From contig JBBQUR010000010.1 in assembly GCA_038212275.1 (NCBI GenBank), forward strand, positions 123,432 through 187,431: DNA of 64,000 nt, given 5' to 3'. Shown one piece after another: positions 41,592 through 50,256 of this stretch (the stretch's first letter is position 1; each line of letters opens with the position of its first letter). The translations under genes were made by a program, and so were the position numbers. The notes under the pieces are model-generated. The model had not been told where the DNA came from. It did no database searches and was given only the letters and a program-made list of their open reading frames with translations. This DNA comes from Planctomycetota bacterium. Lineage in GTDB: Bacteria; Planctomycetota; B15-G4.

Positions 41592-42298
41592 GTGCCGACG
41601 TGCCGGCCAACCTGCCGCTCGTGCTCATCATCGAAGACGAGGCGCCGATCCGCAGCTTCCTGCGCGTGGCGCTCACGGGCCACGGCTATCGCGTGGTGGA
41701 GGCCGAGCGCGGCGACACCGGGCTCATCCACGCTGCAACCTACGTGCCGGACGTCGTGATCCTCGACCTCGGGCTGCCCGACATGGACGGACTGTCGGTG
41801 ACGCGGCGCCTGCGCGAGTGGAGCGCGGTGCCCCTCGTCGTGCTCTCTGCGCGCGGCCAGGAGAAGGACAAGGTAGCGGCGCTGGATGCCGGCGCGGACG
41901 ACTACCTCACCAAGCCCTTCTCCATGCCGGAGTTGCTTGCGCGACTGCGCGTCGCGCTGCGGCATGCGGCGGCTCGACAGCGGGGCGATGCCGGCGCCAC
42001 GGTGGAAACAGGTGGCCTGCGCCTCGACCTCGCCGCGCGCCGCGTGACGCTGGATGGCGCCGAGGTGCGCCTCACGAATCTGGAATACAAGCTGCTCGCG
42101 CACCTCGCGCGGCATGCGGGCCGGGTACTCACCCAGCGCCAGATCCTCAAAGAAGTGTGGGGCCCCGGCAGCGCCGGCCAGGCGCACACCCTGCGCGTCT
42201 TCATGTCGCAGCTCCGGCACAAGCTGGAGGCCGACCCCGCGCGCCCGCGCTACCTGCTCACCGAGCAAGGTGTCGGCTACCGCATGGCGGCGGAGTGA
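41588..42298 (+). CDS. kdpE: Response regulator KdpE
   Basis: IIEDE, DLGLPDMDG, GADDYLTKPF and OmpR-type wHTH ending TEQGVGYR. Confidence 0.96.
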   Translation: MSADVPANLPLVLIIEDEAPIRSFLRVALTGHGYRVVEAERGDTGLIHAATYVPDVVILDLGLPDMDGLSVTRRLREWSAVPLVVLSARGQEKDKVAALDAGADDYLTKPFSMPELLARLRVALRHAAARQRGDAGATVETGGLRLDLAARRVTLDGAEVRLTNLEYKLLAHLARHAGRVLTQRQILKEVWGPGSAGQAHTLRVFMSQLRHKLEADPARPRYLLTEQGVGYRMAAE

Positions 42299-42359
42299 TG
42301 TGACTCGCCGTCCCGCGAGCCGTCCACCGTAACTGGCCTCGCCGAGGTGCGCCGGTGCG

Positions 42360-42378
42360 TTGCATGGAGTCCATGCAA
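42360..42378. promoter_or_regulatory. Palindrome upstream of higBA, putative HigA operator
   Basis: TTGCATGGA-G-TCCATGCAA. Confidence 0.55.
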
Positions 42379-42427
42379 GCGCTAGTCTGGCTCACGTCGA
42401 TGCGAAGCCCGCGGGAGGAACGCGTCG

Positions 42428-42718
42428 ATGATCGCCAGCTTCGCGGACGAAACGACGGAGGCGCTGTTTCGTGGCGAGCCGTCGCTCGCCCTTCGACGAT
42501 TGCCGCCTCAGGTCCTGCGCCTGGCCGGCCGGAAACTCGACATGCTCGATGCCGCCACGGCGTTGCGCGATCTGCTGAAACCGCCCGGGAATCGGCTGCA
42601 TCCGTTGTGGGGCGACCTCCACGGCCTGTATGCGATTCGCGTGAACGACCAGTGGCGCATCGTGTTCCGCTGGGCAGGCGGCGACGCGCACGACGTAAGC
42701 CTGACGGACTATCACTGA
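42428..42718 (+). CDS. higB: HigB (RelE/ParE family) toxin
   Basis: MIASF, RKLDML, PPGNRL, IRVNDQWRI.FRW and DYH. Confidence 0.93.
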   Translation: MIASFADETTEALFRGEPSLALRRLPPQVLRLAGRKLDMLDAATALRDLLKPPGNRLHPLWGDLHGLYAIRVNDQWRIVFRWAGGDAHDVSLTDYH

Positions 42719-42733
42719 ATTGCGGAGATCCCC

Positions 42734-43021
42734 ATGCGTCCCACCAAGCGAATGCCGACCCATCCTGGCGAGGTGCTGCTCGAGGAATTCCTGGATCCGA
42801 TGGGGCTGACACAGGTGCAGCTCGCGCGGCACGTCGGCGTTCCCATTCAGCGCATCAACGAGATCATCCGCAAGCGGCGTGGCGTGTCGGCGGAGACGGC
42901 ATGGCTGCTCTCCCAGGCGCTTGGGACAACGCCCGAATTCTGGATGAATCTCCAGGTCAACCACGACCTCGTCGCGATGCGGCCGCCCCGCAGGATTTCA
43001 CCCCTGCGGCCTGCCAGCTGA
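42734..43021 (+). CDS. higA: HigA antitoxin (HTH)
   Basis: PTHPGEVLLEEFL, RINEII and FWMNLQ. Confidence 0.93.
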   Translation: MRPTKRMPTHPGEVLLEEFLDPMGLTQVQLARHVGVPIQRINEIIRKRRGVSAETAWLLSQALGTTPEFWMNLQVNHDLVAMRPPRRISPLRPAS

Positions 43022-43091
43022 GTGCACCGGTATTGAGCATCCGCTGAATGCACCAGCTGAGTTCGCCTGCGGGCGCCGAGTCCTGGCCCGA

Positions 43092-43649
43092 TCAGAAGCG
43101 CGCCTCCAGGCTTCCGGCGTCTTCCGCCTGCGCGGCCGCGGGCGCCGAGACCTTCGCCGTGGCGAGCAGCCGCGGCGGCTGCGCGAACCAGCGCTCGGCG
43201 AAGTGCAGCGAGGCCGCTTCGATGAAGTCCTGCAACTCCGCCCACGGCAGCTCGTCCGTGCCGAGGCGCAGATGTTCCGTGGGCAGGTCGCGATCGAAGA
43301 CCGTCGCGTGGCAGGCCAGATGGATCTGCCGCCGCACCATGTCGATCTCGAGCGTGAACTCGCAGCGGCTGTAGGGGCGCGACGCGCGGCCCTTGCGCTG
43401 CTCGGGATCCAGCGGCTGCGCCAGGCCCAGCCTCCACGCGCCCGAGTCCATGCGCCGCACCGGCTGCAGCGACGGCAGCGTCTCGTGCAGCGACTGCAGG
43501 CAATCCGCCAGTCGCGCCTGCACCTGCTCGAGGATGGCGAGCGACGCCAGCGCCTCGCTCGTCACCGGGCCGCGCCGGCCTTCGGTGACGCGGCGTTCGC
43601 GCCGCGCGTGCAGCTCATGCAGCTTGTGGGTCAGGTCGTCTGCGGACAT
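43092..43649 (-). CDS. Hypothetical protein (185 aa)
   Basis: GGAGG RBS before ATG 43649; coding-like codon usage; no family recognised. Confidence 0.65.
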   Translation of the reverse strand: MSADDLTHKLHELHARRERRVTEGRRGPVTSEALASLAILEQVQARLADCLQSLHETLPSLQPVRRMDSGAWRLGLAQPLDPEQRKGRASRPYSRCEFTLEIDMVRRQIHLACHATVFDRDLPTEHLRLGTDELPWAELQDFIEAASLHFAERWFAQPPRLLATAKVSAPAAAQAEDAGSLEARF

Positions 43650-43715
43650 CACGCACCTCCGATTCATGCGGCGGGAAGGGTCTGAGGAAGTACGCGACGG
43701 CGAGGCCGCAAGTCC

Positions 43716-43790
43716 GCAACGCGCCGCCTGGCAACGCGCCCGCCGGAAACGCGCCTGCCGGAAACGCGCCTGCCCGCCGCGAAACGCCTC
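43716..43790. repeat. Degenerate 15-nt tandem repeat (G[AC]AACGCGCC-N5) x4-5
   Basis: Directly visible in intergenic DNA. Confidence 0.75.
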
Positions 43791-43848
43791 CACGCGCCGT
43801 GACTGCAACGCGCCGCTTCACCGGCCAGGCGAGGGTGCGGCGCGATGG

Positions 43849-43886
43849 AAAAAAAGGAGGCCACCGGCATGTGCCGATGGCCTCCT
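43849..43886 (-). terminator. Rho-independent terminator
   Basis: Minus strand AGGAGGCCATCGGCACATGCCGGTGGCCTCC followed by T7. Confidence 0.85.
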
Positions 43887-44035
43887 GAGTTCCGCGGGCT
43901 GCTGACGGGGGAAGGGGGAGGAGACGTCAGCGTCCGAGAGAGTTCCGGCTGTGCCGGAGGGGAACTCGTGGCCTTTCGTGAGGAGTGCGCGAAGGGCCGT
44001 CTGGATGTCGCCGGGTCCCACCAGACCCGGCTTGC
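43849..44035 (-). ncRNA. Candidate structured small RNA or leader (four hairpins with CU-rich loops plus terminator)
   Basis: Stems at 44010-44031, 43970-43998, 43940-43967 and 43901-43931, then a terminator. Confidence 0.55.
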
Positions 44036-44123
44036 TTCTCTACGCGACGTCCCGCAGGAAAGTCCGCAGCGGGAGGGCCGGGATGCGTTGTCCGGCCCGG
44101 GGCCGGCAACTACAGTCCGGAGC

Positions 44124-45002
44124 GTGCAATTCCCCGTCACGCTGCAGTTCGGCGCCTTCGCGCTGTCGGTCCATGCGCTGCTGGAGCTGGCGGCGTATGC
44201 GATCGGCTTCGCGCTGCTGCGGCGCGGGCAGCGCAGGCACGGCGATGTCGTGGGGGCCGATGCGCGCTGGTCGCTCAACGTGGCGGCCATTCTCGGCGCG
44301 GCCGTCGGCTCCAAGCTCGTGCACGTCGCCGGCGATCCGGCTGCGCTGGTGGCGCACGCGACCGAGCCGATGTTCTGGCTCGGCGGCAAGTCGATGGTCG
44401 GCGGGCTGATCGGCGGCGCGGCGGCCGTGGAGTTCATGAAAGCGCGGATGGGCATCACGCGCCGCACCGGCGCCGGCCTCGTGCTGCCGCTGATCGCCGG
44501 GATCGCGGTCGGCCGCGTCGGCTGCTTCCTGTCGGGGCTCGACGACCAGACCTTCGGCACGGCGACGTCCCTGCCGTGGGGCGTGGACTTCGGCGACGGC
44601 ATCGCGCGCCATCCGACGCAGCTCTACGAGATCGCGTTCCTCGCGCTGCTCGGCCTCGCGCTGGCGCGCCCGCGCCCGCGCACGACGGCGCACACGCACG
44701 ACCCCACGCACACGCACGAACCCGCGCACACGCACGAACCCACGCACGCGCACACGCACGCAGGCTGGCTCGCTGGGCGCGAGGGCTGGCGATTCGACGC
44801 CTTCTTCTTCGCCTACCTCGGCTTCCGCTTCGGAGTGGATTTCCTCAAGCCATACGAGCATCTGGCCGCCCCGGTCGGTGGCGGCCTCGCGGCCACGCAA
44901 TGGGCCTGCCTCCTCGGCATCGTCGCGCGCTGTGCGTGGCTCGCGCGCACGCCGCGCTCGGCGGCGTCGATCGCACCGGTCGCGCAGCGAGGCGCGTCGT
45001 GA
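44124..45002 (+). CDS. Prolipoprotein diacylglyceryl transferase (Lgt) paralogue
   Basis: GGKSMVGGLIGG, GRVGCFL.G, LPWGVDFGDG..RHPTQLYE and Y..FRF..DFLK; GTG at 44124. Confidence 0.85.
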   Translation: MQFPVTLQFGAFALSVHALLELAAYAIGFALLRRGQRRHGDVVGADARWSLNVAAILGAAVGSKLVHVAGDPAALVAHATEPMFWLGGKSMVGGLIGGAAAVEFMKARMGITRRTGAGLVLPLIAGIAVGRVGCFLSGLDDQTFGTATSLPWGVDFGDGIARHPTQLYEIAFLALLGLALARPRPRTTAHTHDPTHTHEPAHTHEPTHAHTHAGWLAGREGWRFDAFFFAYLGFRFGVDFLKPYEHLAAPVGGGLAATQWACLLGIVARCAWLARTPRSAASIAPVAQRGAS

Positions 45003-46414
45003 CGGAGCGCGTGCGGCCATGGCTCTACTACGACATCGCGGTGTCGATCTGCTCGACGTGCTTCCGCAAGGTCGAGGGCAAGATCGTTTTCCAGGACGAC
45101 TGCGTGTTCATGCACAAGCGCTGCCCCGAGCACGGCGAGCAGCGCGTGCTCATCGCCGACGACGTGGCGTACTGGCGCCGCGCGCGCGAGGTGTTCATGA
45201 AGCCCTCGGAAATGCCGAAGCATTTCCAGACCGAGGTGAAGCACGGCTGCCCCTACGACTGCGGGCTGTGCGCGGATCACGAGCAGCACTCGTGCCTGAC
45301 GCTCATCGAGGTGGGCGACGGCTGCAATCTGCAATGCCCCATCTGCTACGCGGCGAGCGGGCCGCAGCGCATGAACTGGCGCTCGCTGGAAGACATCGAA
45401 CGCATGCTCGACGCGCTGGTCGCCAGCGAGGGCGAGCCGGACGTCGTGCAGATCTCCGGCGGCGAGCCCACGCTGCATCCGCGCTTCTTCGAGATTCTGG
45501 ACGCCGCGCGCCGCCGTCCGATCCGGCACCTGATGATCAACACCAACGGCACGCGCCTCGCGAACGAGGACGGCTTCGCCGAGCGGCTCGCGCCGTACAT
45601 GCCGGACTTCGAGGTGTATCTGCAGTTCGATTCCTTCGAGCGCGACGCGCTGGTCGCGCTGCGTGGCACGGACACGTCTGCGGTGCACGCGCGCGCGCTC
45701 GAGCGGCTCAACGCACTGAACATTTCGACCACGCTGGTGGTCACGCTGGCGCGCGGACGCAACGACCACGAGATCGGGCGCATCGTGGACTTCGCGCTGC
45801 AGCAGCGCTGCGTGCGCGGCGTCACGCTGCAGCCGGTGCAGGTGGCCGGGCGCGTGGAGGGCTTCGATCCCGCGCGCGACCGGATGACGCTGACCGAGGT
45901 GCGGCGGCGCCTGCTCGCGCAGACCTCCGTGTTCCGGCCCGAGGACGTGCTGCCCGTGCCGTGCCACCCCGACGCGATCGCGATGGCCTACGCGCTGAAA
46001 CTCGACGGCAAGGTGGTGCCGCTCACCGGCCTCATCGAGCCGCAACTGCTCATCGACGGCGGGCGCAACACCATCGCCTACGAGCGCGACGCCGGCCTGC
46101 AGAGCAAGCTCTTCGCCGCGTTCTCCACCGCGCACTCGCCCCAGTCGGGTGCGCAGAGTCTGCGCGAGCTGCTCTGCTGCCTGCCGCGCGTGCAGCTCGG
46201 GGCCGGTCTCGGTTATGACAACCTCTTCCGCGTGATCATCATGCAGTTCATGGACGCGCACTCCTTCGACGTGCGCTCCGTGAAGAAGAGCTGCGTGCAC
46301 ATCGTGCATCCGCGCGACCTGCGCATCATTCCCTTCGACACCTACAACCTCTTCTACCGCGACGAACTCGAGCGCACGCGCCTCGCGCCGCTCATCGCAG
46401 CGGGAGCGCGATGA
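44999..46414 (+). CDS. Radical SAM protein, tetraether-lipid-synthase (Tes/MJ0619)-like
   Basis: N-terminal CxxC...CPEHG, GCPYDCGLC..H, CNLQCPICYA, ISGGEPT and C-terminal SC.H...IIPF; GTGA overlap with the lgt-like gene. Confidence 0.85.
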   Translation: MTERVRPWLYYDIAVSICSTCFRKVEGKIVFQDDCVFMHKRCPEHGEQRVLIADDVAYWRRAREVFMKPSEMPKHFQTEVKHGCPYDCGLCADHEQHSCLTLIEVGDGCNLQCPICYAASGPQRMNWRSLEDIERMLDALVASEGEPDVVQISGGEPTLHPRFFEILDAARRRPIRHLMINTNGTRLANEDGFAERLAPYMPDFEVYLQFDSFERDALVALRGTDTSAVHARALERLNALNISTTLVVTLARGRNDHEIGRIVDFALQQRCVRGVTLQPVQVAGRVEGFDPARDRMTLTEVRRRLLAQTSVFRPEDVLPVPCHPDAIAMAYALKLDGKVVPLTGLIEPQLLIDGGRNTIAYERDAGLQSKLFAAFSTAHSPQSGAQSLRELLCCLPRVQLGAGLGYDNLFRVIIMQFMDAHSFDVRSVKKSCVHIVHPRDLRIIPFDTYNLFYRDELERTRLAPLIAAGAR

Positions 46415-46731
46415 ACGACGTGCCGCCACCCGACCAGGGTTCCATCAAGCAGGGACTGCTGCTCACGCTGGCGCTGCATGCGGCCGCCGTCGTGGCGTGC
46501 TGCCTGATCGCCGCGGTGACGGCCGGTGGCGCGGCCGGCGGCCTGGCTCCGTTCCTCGGCATCGGCCTGTTTCAGCTCCTGTACGTCGTGCCGGCGTTCG
46601 TGGTCTGCACGAAGAAGGGCCTGCTGCGCACGCGCAAGGGGCTGGCCCTCGGCGCCGGCATCACCTTCCTCGTGAATGCGGCGTGCACCGGCATCGTGCT
46701 GTACACGTTGCAGCTCGGCGGTGTCCGGTGA
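46411..46731 (+). CDS. Small three-TM membrane protein
   Basis: ATGA overlap with the radical SAM gene; last helix GITFLVNAACTG. Confidence 0.75.
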   Translation: MNDVPPPDQGSIKQGLLLTLALHAAAVVACCLIAAVTAGGAAGGLAPFLGIGLFQLLYVVPAFVVCTKKGLLRTRKGLALGAGITFLVNAACTGIVLYTLQLGGVR

Positions 46732-46852
46732 GATCGCGCCGCGAGAGTTCCGGCGGCGCGGTCACGTTCGCACCCGGCGGCTCGCGAGGCGCGCCGGCGG
46801 GGGCTAGGATGGCCGTCCCGTTCGCTCACCTTCCCGCATTCCCGGAGTCCCG

Positions 46853-47209
46853 ATGGACATCGAAATTCGTCCCCGCAACGTGCGCCTGACTCCGGCCCAG
46901 CGCGACCTCGCCGGGAAGCGCGTGCATTCAGCGCTCGACCGCTTCGAGGGCAAGCTCCGTCGCGTGATGGTGGTGCTCGAGGACATCAACGGCCCCAAGG
47001 GCGGCGCCGACAAGCGCTGCAAGATCCGCGCGACCGGCGAGCGCGGTTTCGCGGTGCAGGCGCAGGCCACGGACATCTCGGTGACCGCCGCGGTGGACCG
47101 CGCCGCCGACGCCATCGGCCGCAATGTGTCCAAGGCCGTGAGCCGCCGCCGCGACTTCGCCTCCCGCGACCGCACCTCGATGGCCGGCGAGCGCCGCGCG
47201 CGGCGGTGA
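46853..47209 (+). CDS. HPF/RaiA family ribosome-associated protein
   Basis: ALDRF...V.LEDINGPKGG.DKRC...AAVDRAAD. Confidence 0.85.
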   Translation: MDIEIRPRNVRLTPAQRDLAGKRVHSALDRFEGKLRRVMVVLEDINGPKGGADKRCKIRATGERGFAVQAQATDISVTAAVDRAADAIGRNVSKAVSRRRDFASRDRTSMAGERRARR

Positions 47210-47245
47210 GCGGAGCGGCGTGGCGCGCTCCACAGGCCCGCGCTC

Positions 47246-47353
47246 TGATCTTGCCCCGGTTTGGTGACACCCCGATAGGAGCCGAAGATGCTCCGAGAAG
47301 GAGTGCCCATGGGATCACGTCGCAAGTACAGCACCGAGTTCAAGCAGGAGGCA
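47246..47353 (+). mobile_element. IS3-family left-end remnant
   Basis: TGATCTTGCCCCGGTTTGGTGACACC IR-like end; AAGGAG RBS; orfA start MGSRRKYSTEFKQEA (47309) truncated after 15 codons. Confidence 0.7.
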
Positions 47354-47357
47354 GAAG

Positions 47358-47750
47358 GTGTCGCACTCCCTCATAGTCCATGAGGACACGTTTCAAGCGC
47401 ACTTCGAGCCGTATCGGCACCCGGAAGCGCAGCACGACATCTGGGGAGGTCTCGGCTTGGAGACCTTCGGCCCCGATCTCGAACTGGTTCACCATGTCGA
47501 TCCCGACCACGTGTGGACCGTCGTCGACGGCGACTCCGGCCACGACCAGTGGATCGTGCCCGGCGTCCACCGCGTGAATCGCATCTGCTACCTCGTGACG
47601 CGCAAGCCGCACCACGAACTCGATCTCAGCGTTGCCGTGAGGCACCGCCTCACGTCGCTGACGCCTCGCGGGCTTCAGCGCCAGTTGACCCAACTCCGCC
47701 GCGCACTCGAAGCCCACGAAGCGGCCGCCACGCGACTCGCCCGGCTGTGA
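47358..47750 (+). CDS. Hypothetical protein of a phage/ICE-type family
   Basis: ETFG.DLE.V, VWTVVDGD and G.H.VNRI.Y..T..P motifs; 5' end abuts the IS3 remnant. Confidence 0.6.
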   Translation: MSHSLIVHEDTFQAHFEPYRHPEAQHDIWGGLGLETFGPDLELVHHVDPDHVWTVVDGDSGHDQWIVPGVHRVNRICYLVTRKPHHELDLSVAVRHRLTSLTPRGLQRQLTQLRRALEAHEAAATRLARL

Positions 47751-48036
47751 GGTCAGGCCCCGCAGCGCGCCGGAAGCGTCACCCCGATGCTCCGGGGGCC
47801 GGCAATCTCGGCTGAGCAGGCTGATGTTGCAACCTGTACGGCCACGCGCTCGCCGGCGGTGGAGCCGTCCACGCCGAGCAGGATCCGGAAGCGCCCAACT
47901 AACGGCCCGCTTCGAAAGGGCGCGCTCACTGCGGTGAGCGCAGGCATCGTCGGCGACTCGGTGCAGCTCGGTGATGACTGCCGCGGGTCTCGGCGGACCG
48001 GCAGCAGCCCTTGGTTCGGCCGACCCTCGCCGCCCC

Positions 48037-48756
48037 CTACACCGCCCCGACAAGTCTCCGCGCGAACAATCCGAGCTGACCACCCAGCCCCGTGTTGCCG
48101 CCCTGCACGTGCGTCGGATCCGGCGGCGTGAAGGGCACGGGAATCGTCTCGATCTTCAGGCTGTGCTTGCCGCGCAGCTTGCCGAGGCGCGCCATGACCT
48201 CGGCCTTGATGCCGCTGTCGCCGCTGCGCAGGGTTTTGGGCTTGAGCAGCTCCAAGGCGCGGCGCGAGAAGCCGCGGTAGCCGCTCTCGTAGTCCGTGAC
48301 CGGCGCGCCGATGAGCGCCTTGCCGGCGCCCCAGGCGCGGCGCGGCGTCTCGGGGCCGCCGCCCGGCGCGGCGCTGCGCTCGCACACCACGACGTCGGCG
48401 CCGGCTTCCAGATTGGCGATGATGGCCGGCAGGAAGGCGGGGTCATCGGTGCGATTGCCCGCCATCACGATGACCTGCTCGTAGCGCGGCGTGTGGTCCA
48501 GCGCCCAGGCCCAGGCCTCGCGCAGCGCGAAACCCTGGCCCTTGTCGTGGCCGGGCCGCCGCATGAGGTGCACCTTGTCCGTGTCCGCGGCGTATTTCGT
48601 GCCGTAGGTGCGCCAGGTGCCGTCGAGGCTGTCGTCGTCCGCGACCAGCACGTGGAGTCGATCGTCCTTCAGCGCGACGATGCGATCCATGAACCAGTCG
48701 AGGTTGCTGCGCTCGTTGAGCGTGGGAATCGTGACCAGCGTCAGCTTGTGACTCAT
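48037..48756 (-). CDS. Glycosyltransferase family 2 (polyprenol-phosphate mannosyltransferase-like), divergent
   Basis: IPTLNERSN, VADDDSLDGT and TDYESGYRGF; the expected DxD is replaced by MAGN. Confidence 0.75.
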   Translation of the reverse strand: MSHKLTLVTIPTLNERSNLDWFMDRIVALKDDRLHVLVADDDSLDGTWRTYGTKYAADTDKVHLMRRPGHDKGQGFALREAWAWALDHTPRYEQVIVMAGNRTDDPAFLPAIIANLEAGADVVVCERSAAPGGGPETPRRAWGAGKALIGAPVTDYESGYRGFSRRALELLKPKTLRSGDSGIKAEVMARLGKLRGKHSLKIETIPVPFTPPDPTHVQGGNTGLGGQLGLFARRLVGAV

Positions 48757-48784
48757 GAGTGATGCCCGCAGTTCGGCGTTGAGG

Positions 48785-49687
48785 TCATGCCGGAACGAGC
48801 GCGCCGCGGTTGGCTTTCTCGGCGCGCGCGAGGAGCTGACCGGCCAGCGCGGCGTCCAGCGCCGGCAGCCCGAAGGCCAGGTACAGGATGGTGGGGTTGT
48901 CGGCGCCGCGTCCGGGCGCCTTGCCCGCGACGATCGCGGCGAGGTCGCAGTCCGGTGTCGGCTCGCCGGCAAAGCGCGTCGGCGCCTGGGCCGCGTGCGC
49001 CTCCAGGTTGTCGGTGACGCGGCGGTGGGCCTCGCTGCGCGCGGCGGCCGTGAGGCCGGCCCCCGGCTTGAGTCCGAGCACCAGCGTGCCGCGCTGCAGC
49101 CATTCCGACTCGATGACCGGCGACGGCCAGTTGCCGCCCAGCGCCAGGTTGAGCACGAGCACGTTCGCGCCCTCGACGGCCTCGCGCGGTTCGGGCGGGA
49201 TGATCGAGGCGAGGTTGAGCTGGGTCATCACGTCGTCCGCGAACTTCTCCTGCCGCGCGATGTCCGGATCGAAGCAGAGCATGCGCTCCGTGTTCGGGAG
49301 GACGGCGACCAGCGCGTCGATGAGCTCGCGCCCGAGCTCGTCGCAGCCGAGCAGCGTGATGACCTCGAAGGACTTCATGTCGCCGAGGTACTTCACGGCG
49401 ACGGCCGCGGCGGCCGCGTCGCGGCGGCGTTCGAAGGAGGCGGCGTCGAGCAGCGCGCGCGGCGCGCCGTCAGGTCCCAGCAGAGCGGAGACGGCGCCGG
49501 TGCCGGCGGGAAGCTTCAGCCCAGGCGCCGTGAAGGCCGCCTTGAACGTCGCGCCGCCCGTGGCCGACGCAGCGCCCGCCGTGCCGATCTGCCGGAAGCA
49601 GTCCTCCACGAGGGCAACCCATTCTCCGGCGTTCGGAAGCATCGTCTTGAGGTCGGCGGCAGTCAGAAGTCGAGGCTGAGCGGGCAT
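48785..49687 (-). CDS. Ornithine cyclodeaminase/mu-crystallin family protein, divergent
   Basis: RRDAAAAAVAVKYL, EAVEGA.V, DLAAIVAGKAPGR and GL...DAA. Confidence 0.7.
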   Translation of the reverse strand: MPAQPRLLTAADLKTMLPNAGEWVALVEDCFRQIGTAGAASATGGATFKAAFTAPGLKLPAGTGAVSALLGPDGAPRALLDAASFERRRDAAAAAVAVKYLGDMKSFEVITLLGCDELGRELIDALVAVLPNTERMLCFDPDIARQEKFADDVMTQLNLASIIPPEPREAVEGANVLVLNLALGGNWPSPVIESEWLQRGTLVLGLKPGAGLTAAARSEAHRRVTDNLEAHAAQAPTRFAGEPTPDCDLAAIVAGKAPGRGADNPTILYLAFGLPALDAALAGQLLARAEKANRGALVPA

Positions 49688-49725
49688 GGAAGGTCCGTGT
49701 GAGAGAGGCGTGCCGGGGGGCGGGG

Positions 49726-50256
49726 TCAGGTGTCGGTGTGAAGCGCGGCACGGATCGCATTCGCGTCACGCACGGGTCCCTGCCCGACACCCGGGCAGAA
49801 TGATGCCACATCGCGCTGCCACGTGCGCTCGTCCGTCAGCAGTTCGGGCCAGAAAGGGAAGGTGCGGCACTGGCTCGGGCGCAGCGTGTAGACCGAGCAG
49901 CGGCCGCCTTCGAGAAAGACGCAGCCCTGGTTCACGGACTTGAAGGACAGGTGGCCCTCGATGCGCTCGCAGTACTTCGCCTCGAAGGCGCGCTCCGAGA
50001 TCCCGAAGTGCGCCGCCAGGGCGCGTCGCTCGGCGCGGGTCGAGTACACGTATTCGAAGCCCTCGCCGTGGTTTTCGCAGCACTTGCCGCAGGCCGTGCA
50101 CTGGAAGCGCAGCCCGTCGAACCACCACGGCGCGGCTGGATCGCGAGGCGCAGCCGGATCGCGAGGCGCAGCCGGATCGCGGGGCGCGGCGGGGCCCGCG
50201 GCATGCGCGGCGGCGCGAGGGGCGTCGGGCGCGGCATCGGAGGTGGTGTCGCTCAC
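49726..50256 (-). CDS. YkgJ family (CxxCxxCC) cysteine-cluster protein
   Basis: GLRFQCTACGKCC, CVFL, CSVY..RP.QCRTFPFW and CPG; GTG at 50256. Confidence 0.9.
   Translation of the reverse strand: MSDTTSDAAPDAPRAAAHAAGPAAPRDPAAPRDPAAPRDPAAPWWFDGLRFQCTACGKCCENHGEGFEYVYSTRAERRALAAHFGISERAFEAKYCERIEGHLSFKSVNQGCVFLEGGRCSVYTLRPSQCRTFPFWPELLTDERTWQRDVASFCPGVGQGPVRDANAIRAALHTDT

Noticed and set aside
43716..43790. Possible CRISPR or iteron array
   Set aside because: 15-nt units without unique spacers, and no cas or rep gene; treated as a simple tandem repeat
43845..44123. N-terminal extensions of the lgt-like and radical SAM ORFs
   Set aside because: They run across a terminator and structured RNA; better starts are GTG 44124 and GTG 44999
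47890..48020. attC-like site (GCCCAAC/CTAAC)
   Set aside because: No matching GTTRRRY partner with a proper stem, and no integron integrase
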